The notes: generated by a model not told the origin, from the letters alone. DNA of 64,000 nt from Eledone cirrhosa (GCA_964016885.1 OZ024755.1:27776001-27840000); one strand, 5' to 3'; counted from the stretch's first letter, positions 1-13,457 are shown. Translations and numbers: made by a program.

Positions 1-42
1 TATACTGTACCGATTGTGTTGTTATTCCTGTTTACCTTTTAC

Positions 43-75
<33 letters not shown>

Positions 76-1657
76 CAGTGCCCCGCAAAAGTTTACAACA
101 CATTAGGAAAAATACGGTTTTAGGTATTTTTAATAAAGTTAGGGTAATGAAAATTTAACTACTGATAGAACATATAATGAGGCATTTAATGATACAATCA
201 TATTTTAAAAAAAATAACAAGGAAATAACTAATGAAGAAAGATCAATATTTTTATAACGCAAAAGTTTACAACACATTTTATATTTATCGCTTTTTTTCA
301 AGAAAATTCTTAAAATTTCAGATTTAAAATTCAGTAGAATGTTCTAGATTAGGTTTAAGGTAACTTCTAAGGACTATTAAAAACATTACGCCATTATTTG
401 TCTGACAACCATCCTGTAAACATTGACAACCGTCCTGTAAACATTGACAATATGGGGAAAAATAAACTGATTGATCAAGACCTCCGTAAACGCATTGAAG
501 ACCTTCATACAAATGGTGTTGGTTATAGAAAGATATCTTGTCAGTTAAATGTGCCATTGAGTTCAGTTAGTACTATAATTCGTCACTGGAAATCTCATCA
601 TTCCATCTGTCCTCTAATTAGATCTGGTCGTCCTAGAAAGATAACGGAACGTGCAGCTCGGTTATTGATGAGAAAGGTTGGCAACGAACCCCCAGTGTAC
701 TCTTAAAAATCTTCAGGATGACCTAGAAGGAAGTGGAGTAAAAGTGAGCACAGATACAATTAGTCGTTCACTTCGTCGATATGATATCTTCTCGAGGTCT
801 CCAAGGAAAACACCACTTCTTACGAGGAAACACGTTCTTCGTCGATTAAATTTTGCAAATGAGCATCTCATCAAACCTGCGTCATTTTGGGAAGGTGTAC
901 TTTGGTCGGACGAAACAAAAATTGAACTTTCTGGTCGAAATGCTGTGGCAAAAGTCTGGAGAAAGAAAGGTACTGAATATTCGCCGAAGAATACTATTCC
1001 AACTGTAAAATTTGGAGGTGGATCAATCATGGTCTGGGGTTGCTTTAGTGCCACAGGTGTAGGAAATATTGAAATAATAGAAGGAAGAATGGATGGCGCT
1101 TATTATAGATGTATTTTGCAAAAGGAATTTACATCAAAGTGCACATTCTCTCAGCTTAAAGCCAGGTTGGTTTTTTTCAACAAGATAACGATCCAAAGCA
1201 TACTGCAAAGCTAACACAATCTTGGTTAAGTACGAATGGAATAAATGTTCTAAAATGGCCAAGTCAGTCTCCAGATCTTAACCCGATCGAAAATTTGTGG
1301 AGAGAACTGAAACTCAGAATTCAAAAAAGGAAACCCCAAAATATCCCTGAACTAAAGAAGATTTGTTATGAAGAATAGAAAAATATTAGCCAAGAAACAT
1401 GCAAGAAATTAGCAACAAAGGTTACGCTACGAAATATTAAGAGATGATTTAATAAATGTGTTGTAAACTTTTGCGTTATAAAAATATTGATTTTTCTTCA
1501 TGAGTTATTTCCTTGTTATTTAAAAAAAAATATGATTGTATCCTTAAATGCCTCATTATATGTTCTATCAGTAGTTAAACTTTCATTACCCTAACTTTAT
1601 TAAAAATACCTAAAACCGCATTTTTCCTAATGTGTTGTAAACTTTTGCGGGCCACTT
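76..1657 (+). mobile_element. Full-length Tc1-family DNA transposon with IR/DR-type long TIRs
   Basis: Starts CAGTGCCCCGCAAAAG at 76 and ends ACTTTTGCGGGCCACTT at 1657. The ~203-bp TIRs (76-278 and 1455-1657) each hold two copies of the direct repeat CGCAAAAGTTTACAACACATT. TA target duplication within a (TA)n tract. Confidence 0.95.
452..1448 (+). pseudogene. Tc1 DD34E transposase, frameshifted
   Basis: MGKNKLID...GRPRK paired-like HTH, then [17 protein letters not shown] and QQDNDPKH...[12 protein letters not shown] with 34 residues between D and E. Frameshifts near 680 and 1120-1180; in-frame TAG near 1376. Confidence 0.93.
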
Positions 1658-1694
1658 TATATATATATATATATATGAAAACCCGACTTCCCAC

Positions 1695-1934
1695 GGGTAC
1701 AAGCCGAAGCTGAAGCATATAGACAATATTCCCCCACCCCCTACCACTGCAAAATAGCACCCACCACTCACTGTAAATGAGGTTGGTGTTAGGAAGGGCA
1801 TCCAGCTGTAGAAATCAAGCCAGAATCAGTTCCCGTATGAGCAAGACGAGGTCAGCCGTCGGGCACTGCCCACAACAGGACAACCCGTCTAACCCATGCT
1901 AGCGTGGAAGAATGGGCGTAAAATGGTGATGATG

Positions 1935-1937
<3 letters not shown>
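1695..1937 (+). mobile_element. SINE/RTE-related repeat with GGTTGGYRTTAGGAAGGGCATCCAGCTGTAGAAA core and (GAT)n tail
   Basis: Similar copies at ~60828-61225 and, partially, ~49040-49110. Confidence 0.6.
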
Positions 1938-1976
<39 letters not shown>

Positions 1977-2106
1977 GTGAGGTTTTTTTTACAAAATGAG
2001 AAATAACCGAGGTGTCCTACACGAGTGAAAGTATAAAGTAAAAAAGATGAAATCGAAAATGCAGCTGGAGTCTTATTTAAAAAAAAAATATATATATTTA
2101 TTTGGT

Positions 2107-2146
2107 TCCTTTACCGGTTTCGCAGTTCTTCTGCTTTTCAAAAGTA
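2107..2146 (-). ncRNA. Degenerate minimal hammerhead ribozyme relic
   Basis: Minus strand reads TACTT-TTGAAAA-GCAG(AAGAA)CTGC-GAAA-CCGG-TA-AAGGA. Stems II and III are intact; the CUGANGA core has two substitutions. Confidence 0.45.
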
Positions 2147-3045
2147 GAGTTGAGATGGAGGGTATGTAGTTTTTCTCACATCTGGTTGGTCTTTGAATGT
2201 TACTTGTTTTATATGGAAAAAAGTGGCTCGAAACGCCAGGTTTTTAGAGAAGTAATTTATTGGTTGGTCAATAAGTATAATAAATTTCGCGCCAGTTCGC
2301 GTTACAAAGTTCTTCAAACAAGGAGGGGGGGGGGGGGGGCTCAGGTTGTTTTTTCATATATGAGTGTTTGAATTTCTTTTTACTTAAAAAAGGGGCTCAC
2401 TGAAGGCTTTTTTTTAAAAATGTAATTTGATTGGTTATAAATGAAATTATGACTGTCACGTGAACAAGTTCATTAAATTTCGCGCCCGTATTTGTGAATT
2501 TATTTTGTAGCCTTTTAGAGAATTTTATGACAATAAAATATATATATATATATATATATATCAATGGTAAAAAATTCTAAGCAAAGCTCAAAGGAAAGTT
2601 GAGAATTATATATCATAGTATATTATTGAAATAATTGCTACGCCTTTTCAGAATTAGTTCAAAGTGTTTATATATTATATTGTTTGAAGAGAATGAAGTT
2701 TTTAGGGAGAAAGTTTGGGAAATGCGGACATAAACACAGAGAACACAGAGCAAATATAATCAAATATATAGATGGAAAAATTAGCTTTTATATCATATTT
2801 AATTCCTTACATATATTTAAAGAGAGTTTGTACATCCAATTCGAATAATGTTATATCACAATTCATATAATCAATATCTAATCATACGCCATGATATATA
2901 GATATATATGTACTTCATCATCATTGGAGGAATAAAAAATATATTAAATAGAAGCAGAATTTGTTGGATGGAGGATCTTAGAAAATGATCCATCAGGATG
3001 ACGAGAGCGCAAAATATGAAAACTAACGGCTTTTTCCTAGGATGT

Positions 3046-3109
<64 letters not shown>

Positions 3110-3232
3110 ATATATATATATATTTATATATATGTATGTATGTTTCTCTTTCTCTTAATTTTGTGCACATTTTTGACCGGCCTCCTTCCTGGTGGCAAGG
3201 TTGTAAGAGAAAAGAATACATACATACATACA

Positions 3233-3266
<34 letters not shown>

Positions 3267-3924
3267 CATACATATATACATACATATGAGGATTTTGCAG
3301 ATCCAGTATCTAAGATACACCTTCAGCTTCATATCCATCATTATTCAAGCTATAGGTTATATACCAACCCGCTTGGACCAAAGTATGACAGAACTTGGAT
3401 TTGTGTACAAAGACTGCAGCTCCCTAATTCATAATCTACAATTGCTGCGATAGCTGGCACGTTCAAAAATTCAAGGGATGACAATTACTTTTCTTTTACA
3501 ACCTTGCCACCAGGAAGGTGGCTGGTCAAAAATATACTCGAAATTAAGAGGAAGAGATACATACATACATACATACATACATACATACATACATACATAC
3601 ATACATACATACATACATACATACATACATAGAGGGATATCTCTATGCAATACAAGAACAAGAACTCCCTACCAAATATCTGCTGCACAAAAGAGGAGGG
3701 CCATCAGCTGACAATAAATGTAGGCTATGTATGACAGAACTTGGATTTGTGGACAAAGAGCGCAGCTCCCTAATTCATAGTCTTCAAATGATAGCTGGCA
3801 CCTTCAAAATTTGTAAAACATTCTTGCGATTCAAGGGATGACAATTTCTTTTCTTTTACAACCTTGCCACCAGGAAGGTGGCCGGTCCAAAATATACTCG
3901 AAATTAAGAGAAAGAGATAAACAT

Positions 3925-4290
3925 ACATATATGATGGCTGCAAACTCGTGTTCGAGCATTGCCATCGCCCGATAAGATGCTAAAAAATGTGAGGCACGAA
4001 TGTGGTTCTTTAAACCAGCCAAAGACTTGCACCCTCTGGCACACACATGGCAACTGTAGGCTCTTCTGGGACTTTCCATTGCTTGGTTCTGACTATGTGT
4101 TCTCATGTGTCTTTTAAGACCTCCCATGCTTGCACATTCCTTACACCTTTTCAGATCATAATCTACCTAAGGTCTATTGATGTGACTTTGTTCGCGTCTA
4201 ATCAAACTAGATGTGGCTCAACAGCAGCCAATTCAGAACAGTCCCTTTTCCTCACCTTCCTTTTCAGTGTTAGGCGTTCTTTTCCACGAG
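3925..4290 (-). mobile_element. RTE-type LINE 3' fragment with terminal C2H2 fingers and (TATG)n tail
   Basis: GGLKRHMRTH and CHVCARGCKSLAGLKNHIRASH motifs. The same 3' end occurs in the copies at 40028-40638 and 47192-47803. Confidence 0.6.
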
Positions 4291-4659
4291 TTTCATACAT
4301 ACACACATGATGGCTGCAAACGCTGCTAAGAGTACTGCACTCGCTTATCACATTATAGAGTTTGGTGCACTTTTAGGATACGGCCAGCCACACGAACCTA
4401 TAACATATCCTGAACAAGCAATGCCTGGGTTTTGAGGGTTTTTAAGTGGGAAAGGCTTTGCATTCGACCAATCCCACTCTCTGAGTATCGAAAACACTAC
4501 CCGAAAAGGAGAACTGGTCATCATTATCGGATGCGTCCGATGCCGCAAGCTTTTTTCCAGAGTTTCCATCTCTTAGAAAGGTGTTGTGATAACAACTGGG
4601 GGCCTTTCACTTCCAGGTAAAAAAAAGTACTATTTGGACACCCTGCGGGATGAAATACA

Positions 4660-4992
4660 TACATACATGATGGCCACCCCCTTGTCATCGAGTATGGCCA
4701 CTGCACGATACAACATTATTGATAATTATCAATTAATGCTATCGTGCAATGCCTGTGCGTGAAGATTTTTTGTAAAGTGTGGAATGACTGTGCACTGAGT
4801 CAATCCCACTCTCCGAGCGACAGTTCTTCCGCCCTTTGTCAGGTTTTGTTTTTTTGTCCTGCAGGGTGTCCTAAATCCCCCTCCTCACCAAGTAAACTTG
4901 GTGGGGTTGCCGGTTTAGTCGCCGACGACCCGACCATGCGACAGGTTGTACTGGGTTACATGTTACCAGTAGCACTCAAGAGTGACCCGACA
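4660..4992 (-). mobile_element. Bipartite non-autonomous RTE-derived element, deleted copy
   Basis: Shares its 5' ~200 bp with the copies at 11201, 15477, 40638 and 47192; flanked by (TACA)n. Confidence 0.65.
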
Positions 4993-5480
4993 TACATACA
5001 TACGTACATACATACATATATACACGCACACATACACACATACATACACACATACATGCATACATACATACATACATACATACATACATACATACATACA
5101 TACATACATACATACATACATACGTATGTACAAATATATTTAAAACGTCGACATCCCTTTGATGATCTATGTTCTTGGTATTTCTCTCGTAAAAGTCCAA
5201 CGCATATTAACCTGATATATTTTGTTATTCCCCATGGAACTATTAATACCAGTAATGATATTAAATACTAACTGGCTTTTGTTGGATGCTGTTTTATTAA
5301 AATTGAACACCGCAAACAAGGAACAATGATATTAGATAATAAAATATACTCTCATTCAATAATAAATGTCTTAGCTAATGTGTTTGCAGATCCGTTTACT
5401 TATTGTTATTTTATTGGTATTTATTAACATACAGTATATGTGTATATTGGCATAAATAGGCTTGTATATATCTATATATA

Positions 5481-5527
<47 letters not shown>

Positions 5528-5531
<4 letters not shown>

Positions 5532-6537
5532 AAACGTGCTGCGTGGTTGCTAATGGGTTACATATGAATAAAGTTAGTCCTTCATCAGTGATCTTCCAAC
5601 CATCATTGGTATTTCAACGCTTTAAAGACCATATACCTCCGGTTGGTGCGAGCAACAGCTAAAGAAAGTCGTTGGGACACATAAATAAGGGGAACGAGCG
5701 AGAATGTAAACAAACAAAGATGGTAAAGCAACGAAAAGTGAGGAAGAAAGAGTCAAGTCCCAGATTTCCATGAATATAAGTTCGGTGAAATCGTGAACGA
5801 GAGAGAATAAAGACCATCAAACCTAGTCGAAATGTGAGCAAGGAAGGAATTCCGCACAGGTCAAACGGGAGGAAGAAGGAGTCTAGTCCATGAATTCGGT
5901 GAACATAAGTTCTGTGAAATCGTAGACGAGAGAGAAAAATGGAACAACCAGCCTGGTCAAGCGTGCGCGAGAAAAGAATTACGCCCAGGTCAAACGGGAG
6001 GAAGTAGGAGAGGTAGTAGCAGAGAGTGAGTAAGTGAAGGGTGAGGAACAGGCTAACAGAGAGAGTGACTGTTAGAGAGGGTAAAGATACAGAGAAAGAG
6101 GAAGCAGTAAGAACGAAATAGACGGGTCACAGCGGGGGAAAATATATGTGTGAATATGAAAACAAACGTGCTGCGTGGTTGCAAATGGGTTACATATGAA
6201 TAAAGTTAGTCCTTCATCAGTGATCGCCCAACCATCATTGGTATTTCATCGCTTTAAAGACCATATACCTCCGGTTGGTGCGAGCAACGGCTAAAGAAAG
6301 TCGTTGGGACACGTAAATAAGGGGAACGAGCGAGAATGTAAACAAACAAAGATGGTAAAGCAACGAAAAGTGAGGAAGAAAGAGTCAAGTCCCAGATTTC
6401 CATGAATATAAGTTCGGTGAAATCGTGAACGAGAGAGAATAAAGACCATCAAACCTAGTCGAAATGTGAGCAAGGAAGGAATTCCGCACAGGTCAAACGG
6501 GAGGAAGAAGGGGTTTAGTCCATGAATTCGGTGAACA
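5528..6537. repeat. Partial tandem duplication with 632-bp period, possibly a Penelope-like partial tandem
   Basis: 5528-5905 is repeated almost exactly at 6160-6537. The second copy is cut by a Helitron-like insert. The minus strand has CTGATGA but no intact hammerhead 3' half. Confidence 0.8.
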
Positions 6538-7728
6538 TCTGTATATATATAAAATTAAGTATGTGTGTGTGTGTGTCTGTGTATTATTAGCTTTAGAGGC
6601 CTACATCTTACGACCGATTTTCATGAAACTTTACAGGCTCATAGATTAGTCATCGGGGAGTGTTTTCAATATATCAGCGTATGTTTTTTTTTTAATTCCA
6701 GGGTCATTCTGCAAATAAAAATCGATAGTGGGGTCACCTTTTTTAGGTATCGAAAAATAAGATTTTTGGCTCTAGCTCCCACATTTTGCCACCGATTTCG
6801 TTCAAATTTTAAAGTAAAATAGAATTTATTATTGCACATCCTATAATCGCTTTATATTTTGCATTTGTTGTTCAGGGACGGCGTGGCAGCCGCTTAAATA
6901 TTCAAAAATACCATGTTTAGACTCAAATTTCCACTTTTTCGGCTCTAGCTCCCACATTAATCAACGTACTTTGTTCAAATTTTACACTACGCTAGATCTG
7001 ATTATTTCATGTCTTAAAGTGGCTTTACATTTTGGATTTTTTGTTCAGGGACGGCGTGGCAGCCGCTTAAATATTCGAAAATATCACCTATTCGCTCAAA
7101 TTTCCGCCTTTTCGGCTGAAGCTCCCACATTTTTCAACCGATTTCGCTCAAATTCGAAACGTCGGCTCCACCTCACACATAAATCAATTTATTTGGTTCA
7201 ACTTTTATACTACGATAGAACCTATCATTTCACATCTTATAGTAGCTTTACGCCTTGCATTTTTTGTTCAGGGACGGCGACCTATCATTAGCTCCCACAT
7301 TTTTCAACCGATTTCGTTCAAATTCGAAACTTCGACTCCACCAGTTGAACCAAATAAATCAATTTATTTGGTTCAACTTTTATACTACGATAGAACCTAT
7401 CATTGCACATCTTATAGATGGTCAAAGGCAAAATGATGACCACTGACGGCGTCTGAGCTTTTAGTTGTGTATTTGAGAATTCATCGGTTTCCAATCAAGT
7501 AGCGTGAGGAAATTTGACTTAGTGTTAGAGGTCATTACCTACCTCCCCCAGCATGCCCCTTCGTCAGTCACCCGCGTTTCTCAGTGATAGAGGTCATCAC
7601 CACCCTCCGCCGCATGGCCTGTGTGTAGTCATAGATGAGTCATCGAGAAGCAGTCGCTAAGATCAACACCTTTTCATCAAAGCAGATATTATTTTACCTA
7701 CCCAGGCAACTCTGGGTACTGCTGCTAG
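6538..7728 (+). mobile_element. Non-autonomous Helitron-like element
   Basis: A|TC 5' end; 3' hairpin TACCCAG-GCAACT-CTGGGTA followed by CTAG|T; internal subrepeats (GCTCCCACATTTTTCAACCGATTTCG). Confidence 0.75.
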
Positions 7729-8486
<758 letters not shown>

Positions 8487-8487
<1 letters not shown>

Positions 8488-9005
8488 ACTGGGACCTCTC
8501 AAAACATTCGCATATTATACTTAAATTGGATATTTGTTGTCAGGTAAGATCATCAAAATGTCGATAGTATTAAACTCATTACATCTAAACTGATCTATGC
8601 TCTGTATTTTATTGTTATAAGCTAACATTCTTAAAAATACACCATTACAAAATATAAGAGTATAACATCTGAACACCGGAAATATATCATTGTAAGGGAG
8701 CAAACCTATCAAAAATCGAAAGATATTTGCTGAACATCGGTTAGAATAATTCGTTTAAAGTTTCTTTGGCTTCAATGATTTCTTGAATAATATCATGGTA
8801 TAGTGGAAACCTACCTCTGATATTCTAAGTGGTATAGAAACTATTCTTTGTCTTCAGCTGAATCTTGGAGGGCAAATTGGCCTTTTTTTAAAACTACACC
8901 CCTATTGGGTTCAGGTCATGGCAGTTCCCTTGCCAAGAAAGTCCGTTGGTGTGATAATCAGCAAACCAGACATGGATTTTTTTGTGATTGTGGGCAGAAC
9001 CGCTA
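8487..9005 (-). mobile_element. Highly decayed Tc1-like transposase C-terminus
   Basis: Minus-strand translation near 8900-9000 gives AHNHKKIHVWFADYHTNGLSWQGNCHDLNPI (compare [12 protein letters not shown]) and later IQEIIEAK. Confidence 0.45.
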
Positions 9006-9025
9006 GAACCGATCAGATGAGTTAG

Positions 9026-9662
9026 CCTATGGAAACTGATTGGATGAGTTAAATTGATCTGTCATTCTAGAAGCTGGGATCAGTGCAACACTAACCTCTG
9101 GAAACTGATCGGATGAGATAAATTGATCTGTCATCCTAGAAGCTGAGATCAGTGCAACTCTAACCTATGGAAACTGATCGGATGAGTTAAATTGATCTGT
9201 CATTCTAGAAGCTGAGATCAGTGCAACTCTAACCTATGGAAACTGATCGGATGAGTTAAATTGATCTGTCATTCTAGAAGCTGGGATCAGGGCAACACTA
9301 GCCTATGGAAACTGATTGGATGAGTTAAATTGATCTGTCATTCTAGAAGCTGGGATCAGTGCAACACTAACCTCTGGAAACTGATCGGATGAGATAAATT
9401 GATCTGTTATCCTAGAAGCTGAGATCAGTGCAACACTAACCTATGGAAACCGATCAGATGAGTTAGATTGATCTGTCATCCTAGAAGCTGGGATCAGTGC
9501 AACACTAGCCTATGGAAACCGATCAGATGAGTTAAATTGATCTGTCATCCTAGAAGCTGAGATCAGTGCAACACTAACCTCTGGAAACTGATCGGATGAG
9601 ATAAATTGATCTGTTATCCTAGAAGCTGGGATCAGCGCAACACTAACCTATGGAAACTGATT
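9026..9662. repeat. 69-bp minisatellite, ~9.2 copies
   Basis: Unit CCTATGGAAACTGATCGGATGAGTTAAATTGATCTGTCATTCTAGAAGCTGGGATCAGTGCAACACTAA starting at 9026, 9095, ... 9647. Confidence 0.95.
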
Positions 9663-10856
9663 GTTCTACTTTTGTTTCTTTAATTATTCAGGGCAGAAAG
9701 TCTTTATATGGCTTTTACTGTCGGAAATGTAACAACTGCACATTCTGCTCTACACCGATAGGAATAGCATGATTCTGACTCGGCACAGCTCTGAAATGGC
9801 CTGGTAGTGTTGAGCAGTAAATATTATCATACTGACCCCTCCAAGCCACATGTTATTTATTATTTTTGCATTAATCACTATAAAAATACATTTGTCTTCA
9901 AGGAAGCCAACATATACATAACAGAAACTGAATTGACAGACAGTTAGGAAGAAAATGGAAAATAGAAAAAGCACAAAAAGAAAAAAAATGATGGAAAAGC
10001 TAAAATCTAAATAGAAAACAAATCTTCAGAATGCCATGCTAAAATGATGTCAAGAATTAATTCTACATGATCAATCTATGTATAAATTTTTGCGATTCTG
10101 TCACAACACGTAAAGAGAGAGAGGAGTAGTTTGAAATGTGCCCTAGTTTGTAACAACTTTGCTTTTTTAAAGATGAAGGCAATCATAGACTAATTCTAGG
10201 ATGGTGATTTCAAAATATAACATCAGCTTTTGTCTAACTTTTCAACTTTAGTCGCTAAGCACCTTAGACGAGGATTAAAGATTTACTCATTTTTTGGCAT
10301 CTCTATACAAATTTTTGTGATTCTATCACCACACGTAAAGAGAGAGTTGTTTGATTACCTCATACTACCCCTCTCTCTTAACGTCTGCGTAATGTATGCG
10401 TGAATGTATGTGTGTGTAAAAGGAAGGAAGGGGATGGTGAGAAAACTATGCTTTGTGTGAGTGTATGTGTATGTGTGCATTTGTGTGAATGTATGTGTGC
10501 GTGTTTGTGTGAATGTATGTATGTGTTTGAGTGAATGTATGTGTGTGTTTCAGGCGAATGTATGTGTGTGTTTGTGTGAATGTATGTGTGCGTGTTTGTG
10601 TGAATGTATATGTGTGTTTGTATGAATGTATGTGTGTGTTTGTGTGAATGTATGTGTGTGAGTGTATTTTTGTAAGTGTGTCTGTGTTTGCGTGTTTATA
10701 TTTATATTCTCTCTCTCTCAACATTTCGCATGGAAAAAATAATTTCGGCTTACGAACATTTTGGCTGACAAACAGCCTTCAGGAACGAATTAAGTTCTGA
10801 GCACACGCACGCACACACACACACATACACACACGCACGCACACACACAGACACAG

Positions 10857-10892
<36 letters not shown>

Positions 10893-10898
10893 TTTTTT

Positions 10899-11120
10899 AG
10901 GAACGATCGACTTTCGTCAAATCGGACCGAGGAAACAATGTTTCCGTTGGTCTTTCCAATTGCTAATACTATCTATCGGTCGCAACTCCAGGTAGAAGGA
11001 GCGACGTGAAATAAAGTGTCTTGCTCAAGAAGGACATAACGCATCGCCTGGTCCAGGAATCGAACTCACAACCTTTCGATTGCGAATCCAATTCTCTAAC
11101 CGCTCAGCCACACGCCTTCA

Positions 11121-11121
<1 letters not shown>
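10899..11121 (-). mobile_element. tRNA-derived SINE family 2
   Basis: Pol III A box TGGCTGAGYGG, B box GAGTTCGATTCC, body GTCCTTGAGCAAGACACTTT. Other copies at ~35428-35575, 48418-48636 and 54883-55092 (+). Confidence 0.8.
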
Positions 11122-11162
<41 letters not shown>

Positions 11163-11610
11163 CGAAAATATACACATATATATATATATATGTATATATG
11201 TGTCGGGCTGGCCTTCAGCGCTACTGGTAACATGTAACCCAGTACGACCTGTGCATGGTCGGGTCGTCGGCGACTAAACCAGCAACACCACCAAGATTGC
11301 TTGGTGAGGAGGGTGATTTTGGACACCCTGTGGGATGAAAATCAAAACCCGCCAAAGGGCGGAGGAACTCAGCAGAATCAACGGCCATCCAATAAAGTTT
11401 TTTTTTTGTGGAGCGAGAGACTCCAAGTCTTCTTTAAAACATCTAAAATAGAACTACTGGCCGTTTCGACAGCTAGATCTGATATATATATATATATAAC
11501 TCCAGTTCCCCAGTGAATTAACAACCCAACAAGGAACTGGGCATATCAGAGTATTGACAATATCATACACCTAAACAACATATGTACTTGTCTATACCAT
11601 ACTAATTCAA

Positions 11611-11665
11611 ACTGCCTGAAGAAGTCACAGCCAAAGATGGCTGTCACTGAAATATATATAGCAGT
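11611..11665 (+). ncRNA. Minimal type I hammerhead ribozyme (Penelope-like)
   Basis: ACTGC-CTGAAGA-AGTcACAGCCA(AAGA)TGGCTGTcACT-GAAA-TATATA-TA-GCAGT: all three stems and the core are present. Confidence 0.8.
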
Positions 11666-11775
11666 AATAAACGAAGCTAAATTTTAATCATTTAACTTTT
11701 ATTTAACTTTATATATATATATATATATATTAAATTCGAATATTAATAAAATAGATGTTCTTGTGATCAATTAAA

Positions 11776-11839
11776 TTTTATTATACATATTTCAGAGGTA
11801 CTTGAATCAGGTTCAACAGTACATCCTCATCAGATAAAA
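11776..11839 (-). ncRNA. Minimal type I hammerhead ribozyme in an inverted-pLTR-like insert
   Basis: TTTTAT-CTGATGA-stem II (GTAC/GTAC, TTGAA/TTCAA)-GAAA-TATGTA-TA-ATAAAA. Flanked by ~49-bp inverted repeats at 11727-11775 and 11901-11949. Confidence 0.72.
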
Positions 11840-12072
11840 TAAAATGATACATGACATACTCTGAGATGTTAGATGGTTAAGATTTAATCAAGGTAGTACC
11901 TTTAAATGATCACAAGAACATCTATTTTATTAATATTTGAATTTAATATTAATAACTCTGGAAAATATTTTTCTGTAGAGTGCTGCCAATCTACTGTAAA
12001 ACTCATTCTTTGATGTACTCATTGAATCTTGTTTAACTCTTTAATATATATATATATATATATTGTCGGGCA

Positions 12073-12194
12073 TCCACTGATGATTTATAAGTGCCCACCT
12101 ACATATATTCCTACGGACTATGTGTAGGCTTCTACATAACCTGGACATTATTTTCCCAATTTGTAGAAAACTTATAATGAAACGATCGTTTGGA
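12073..12194 (+). ncRNA. Type I hammerhead ribozyme with extended, branched stem II
   Basis: TCCA-CTGATGA-tTTATAAGT...ACTTATAAt-GAAA-CGATCG-TT-TGGA. Internal hairpins CCTACATATA/TATGTGTAGG and TTCTACA/TGTAGAA. Confidence 0.7.
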
Positions 12195-12368
12195 AAGAGA
12201 GATGTATTTTAATTATGTCTTATATAAAATAATACAACTGGCTATCCGCAAAATACGTATAGTTAGCACCCCAAACGTATAATTGGGATTATACTAAGGT
12301 ATATCCTAATGTTTGTTGAGTGAGACGGAAGCCGGTCGGAGTATTGCTTAAAGCTTTCTCTGTTAATG

Positions 12369-12447
<79 letters not shown>

Positions 12448-13164
12448 TATATAATACATACAAGGGGAAGTATTTTTAAATATAGTAATAGTGGATTATT
12501 GCCCTTACACTATATTTAGAATGGAATGTATTTTTTTCTCACATGCTACAGGAAAAAAAATTTATTCATATCCTAACTAAAACCTACCATCCTAACTTAG
12601 TCCTACTATCCTAACTTAGTCCTACCATCTTAACTTAGCCCTACCATCCAAAATTAAGCCCCCCCCCCCTCTGTAAGAGATACCACTTATTGTTAGACCA
12701 AGTCTCCAGTTGACAATTTACTCTCCATAATCAGTTTATGATGGAAATATTTTACTGTGGAGGGGATTACTCTTTTACTCTTTTACCTGTTCCAGCCATC
12801 CGGCTGAGGCCATGCTGGGGCACCCACCGCCCTTGGGATTGAATACAGATCATTTGCTGGCTGTTCTATCTCTATGAATATAAGACAGACTATGATACCA
12901 GTATGAGGCTGGTAGTGTGGGTGGTAATATGTCGCTCATTAAAATTAATTAGATATAATCAATTTAATACACACAAATAATTTCGTTTTTTTTTTTATTT
13001 TGTTTGTTTATTTTTTAGTTGTATTTTTTTGTGATTTTTTTTCTTCCATTCATGACTTCCATATTTCCGTTTGTTTCATTGGCATCAACAGGAAACAGAT
13101 GCAGGTAAGTGATAATCTGCCGGATGCAAAAGCAAGTGATTTAGATTTACAAGAAAATTCTTGT

Positions 13165-13457
13165 TGGTGGTGAGAGAAAATTATTGGTTGTTGTGGCGCT
13201 GGTGGTGATGGTGTTGATATTGGTGGCGGAGGCGGTGGTTGTGCTGGTGTTGCTGGTGGTGGTTGTTTTAGTGGTGGTGGTGGCGGTGGCGGTGGTTGTG
13301 CTGGTGGTGGTGGTGGTGGTTGTTTTAGTGGTGGTGGTGGTGGTGGTGGTGGTTGGTGGTGTTGTTAGTGGCGACTGTGTCGGTGGTGATGGTGACGATG
13401 GAGGTGTTGGTGGCGGTGGTGATGTTGGTGGTGGATGTGGTGGTGGTGTTGGCGGTA
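13165..13457. repeat. Degenerate (GGT)n trinucleotide repeat
   Basis: Directly visible; accounts for the poly-Val and poly-Thr ORFs. Confidence 0.92.

Noticed and set aside
2985-3045. Possible hammerhead (ATGACGAG...GAAA)
   Set aside because: The core lacks the initial C and stem II does not pair.
3831-4127. Host C2H2 zinc-finger gene
   Set aside because: The finger lies at the 3' end of a multi-copy RTE-type element with a microsatellite tail.
9026-9662. CRISPR-like or coding repeat array (69 bp = 23 codons)
   Set aside because: No unique spacers, eukaryotic context, and stops in all six frames of most units.
9660-9780. Plus-strand acceptor-like TTATTCAG followed by a Cys-rich frame
   Set aside because: All frames stop within 30 codons and there are no partner exons.
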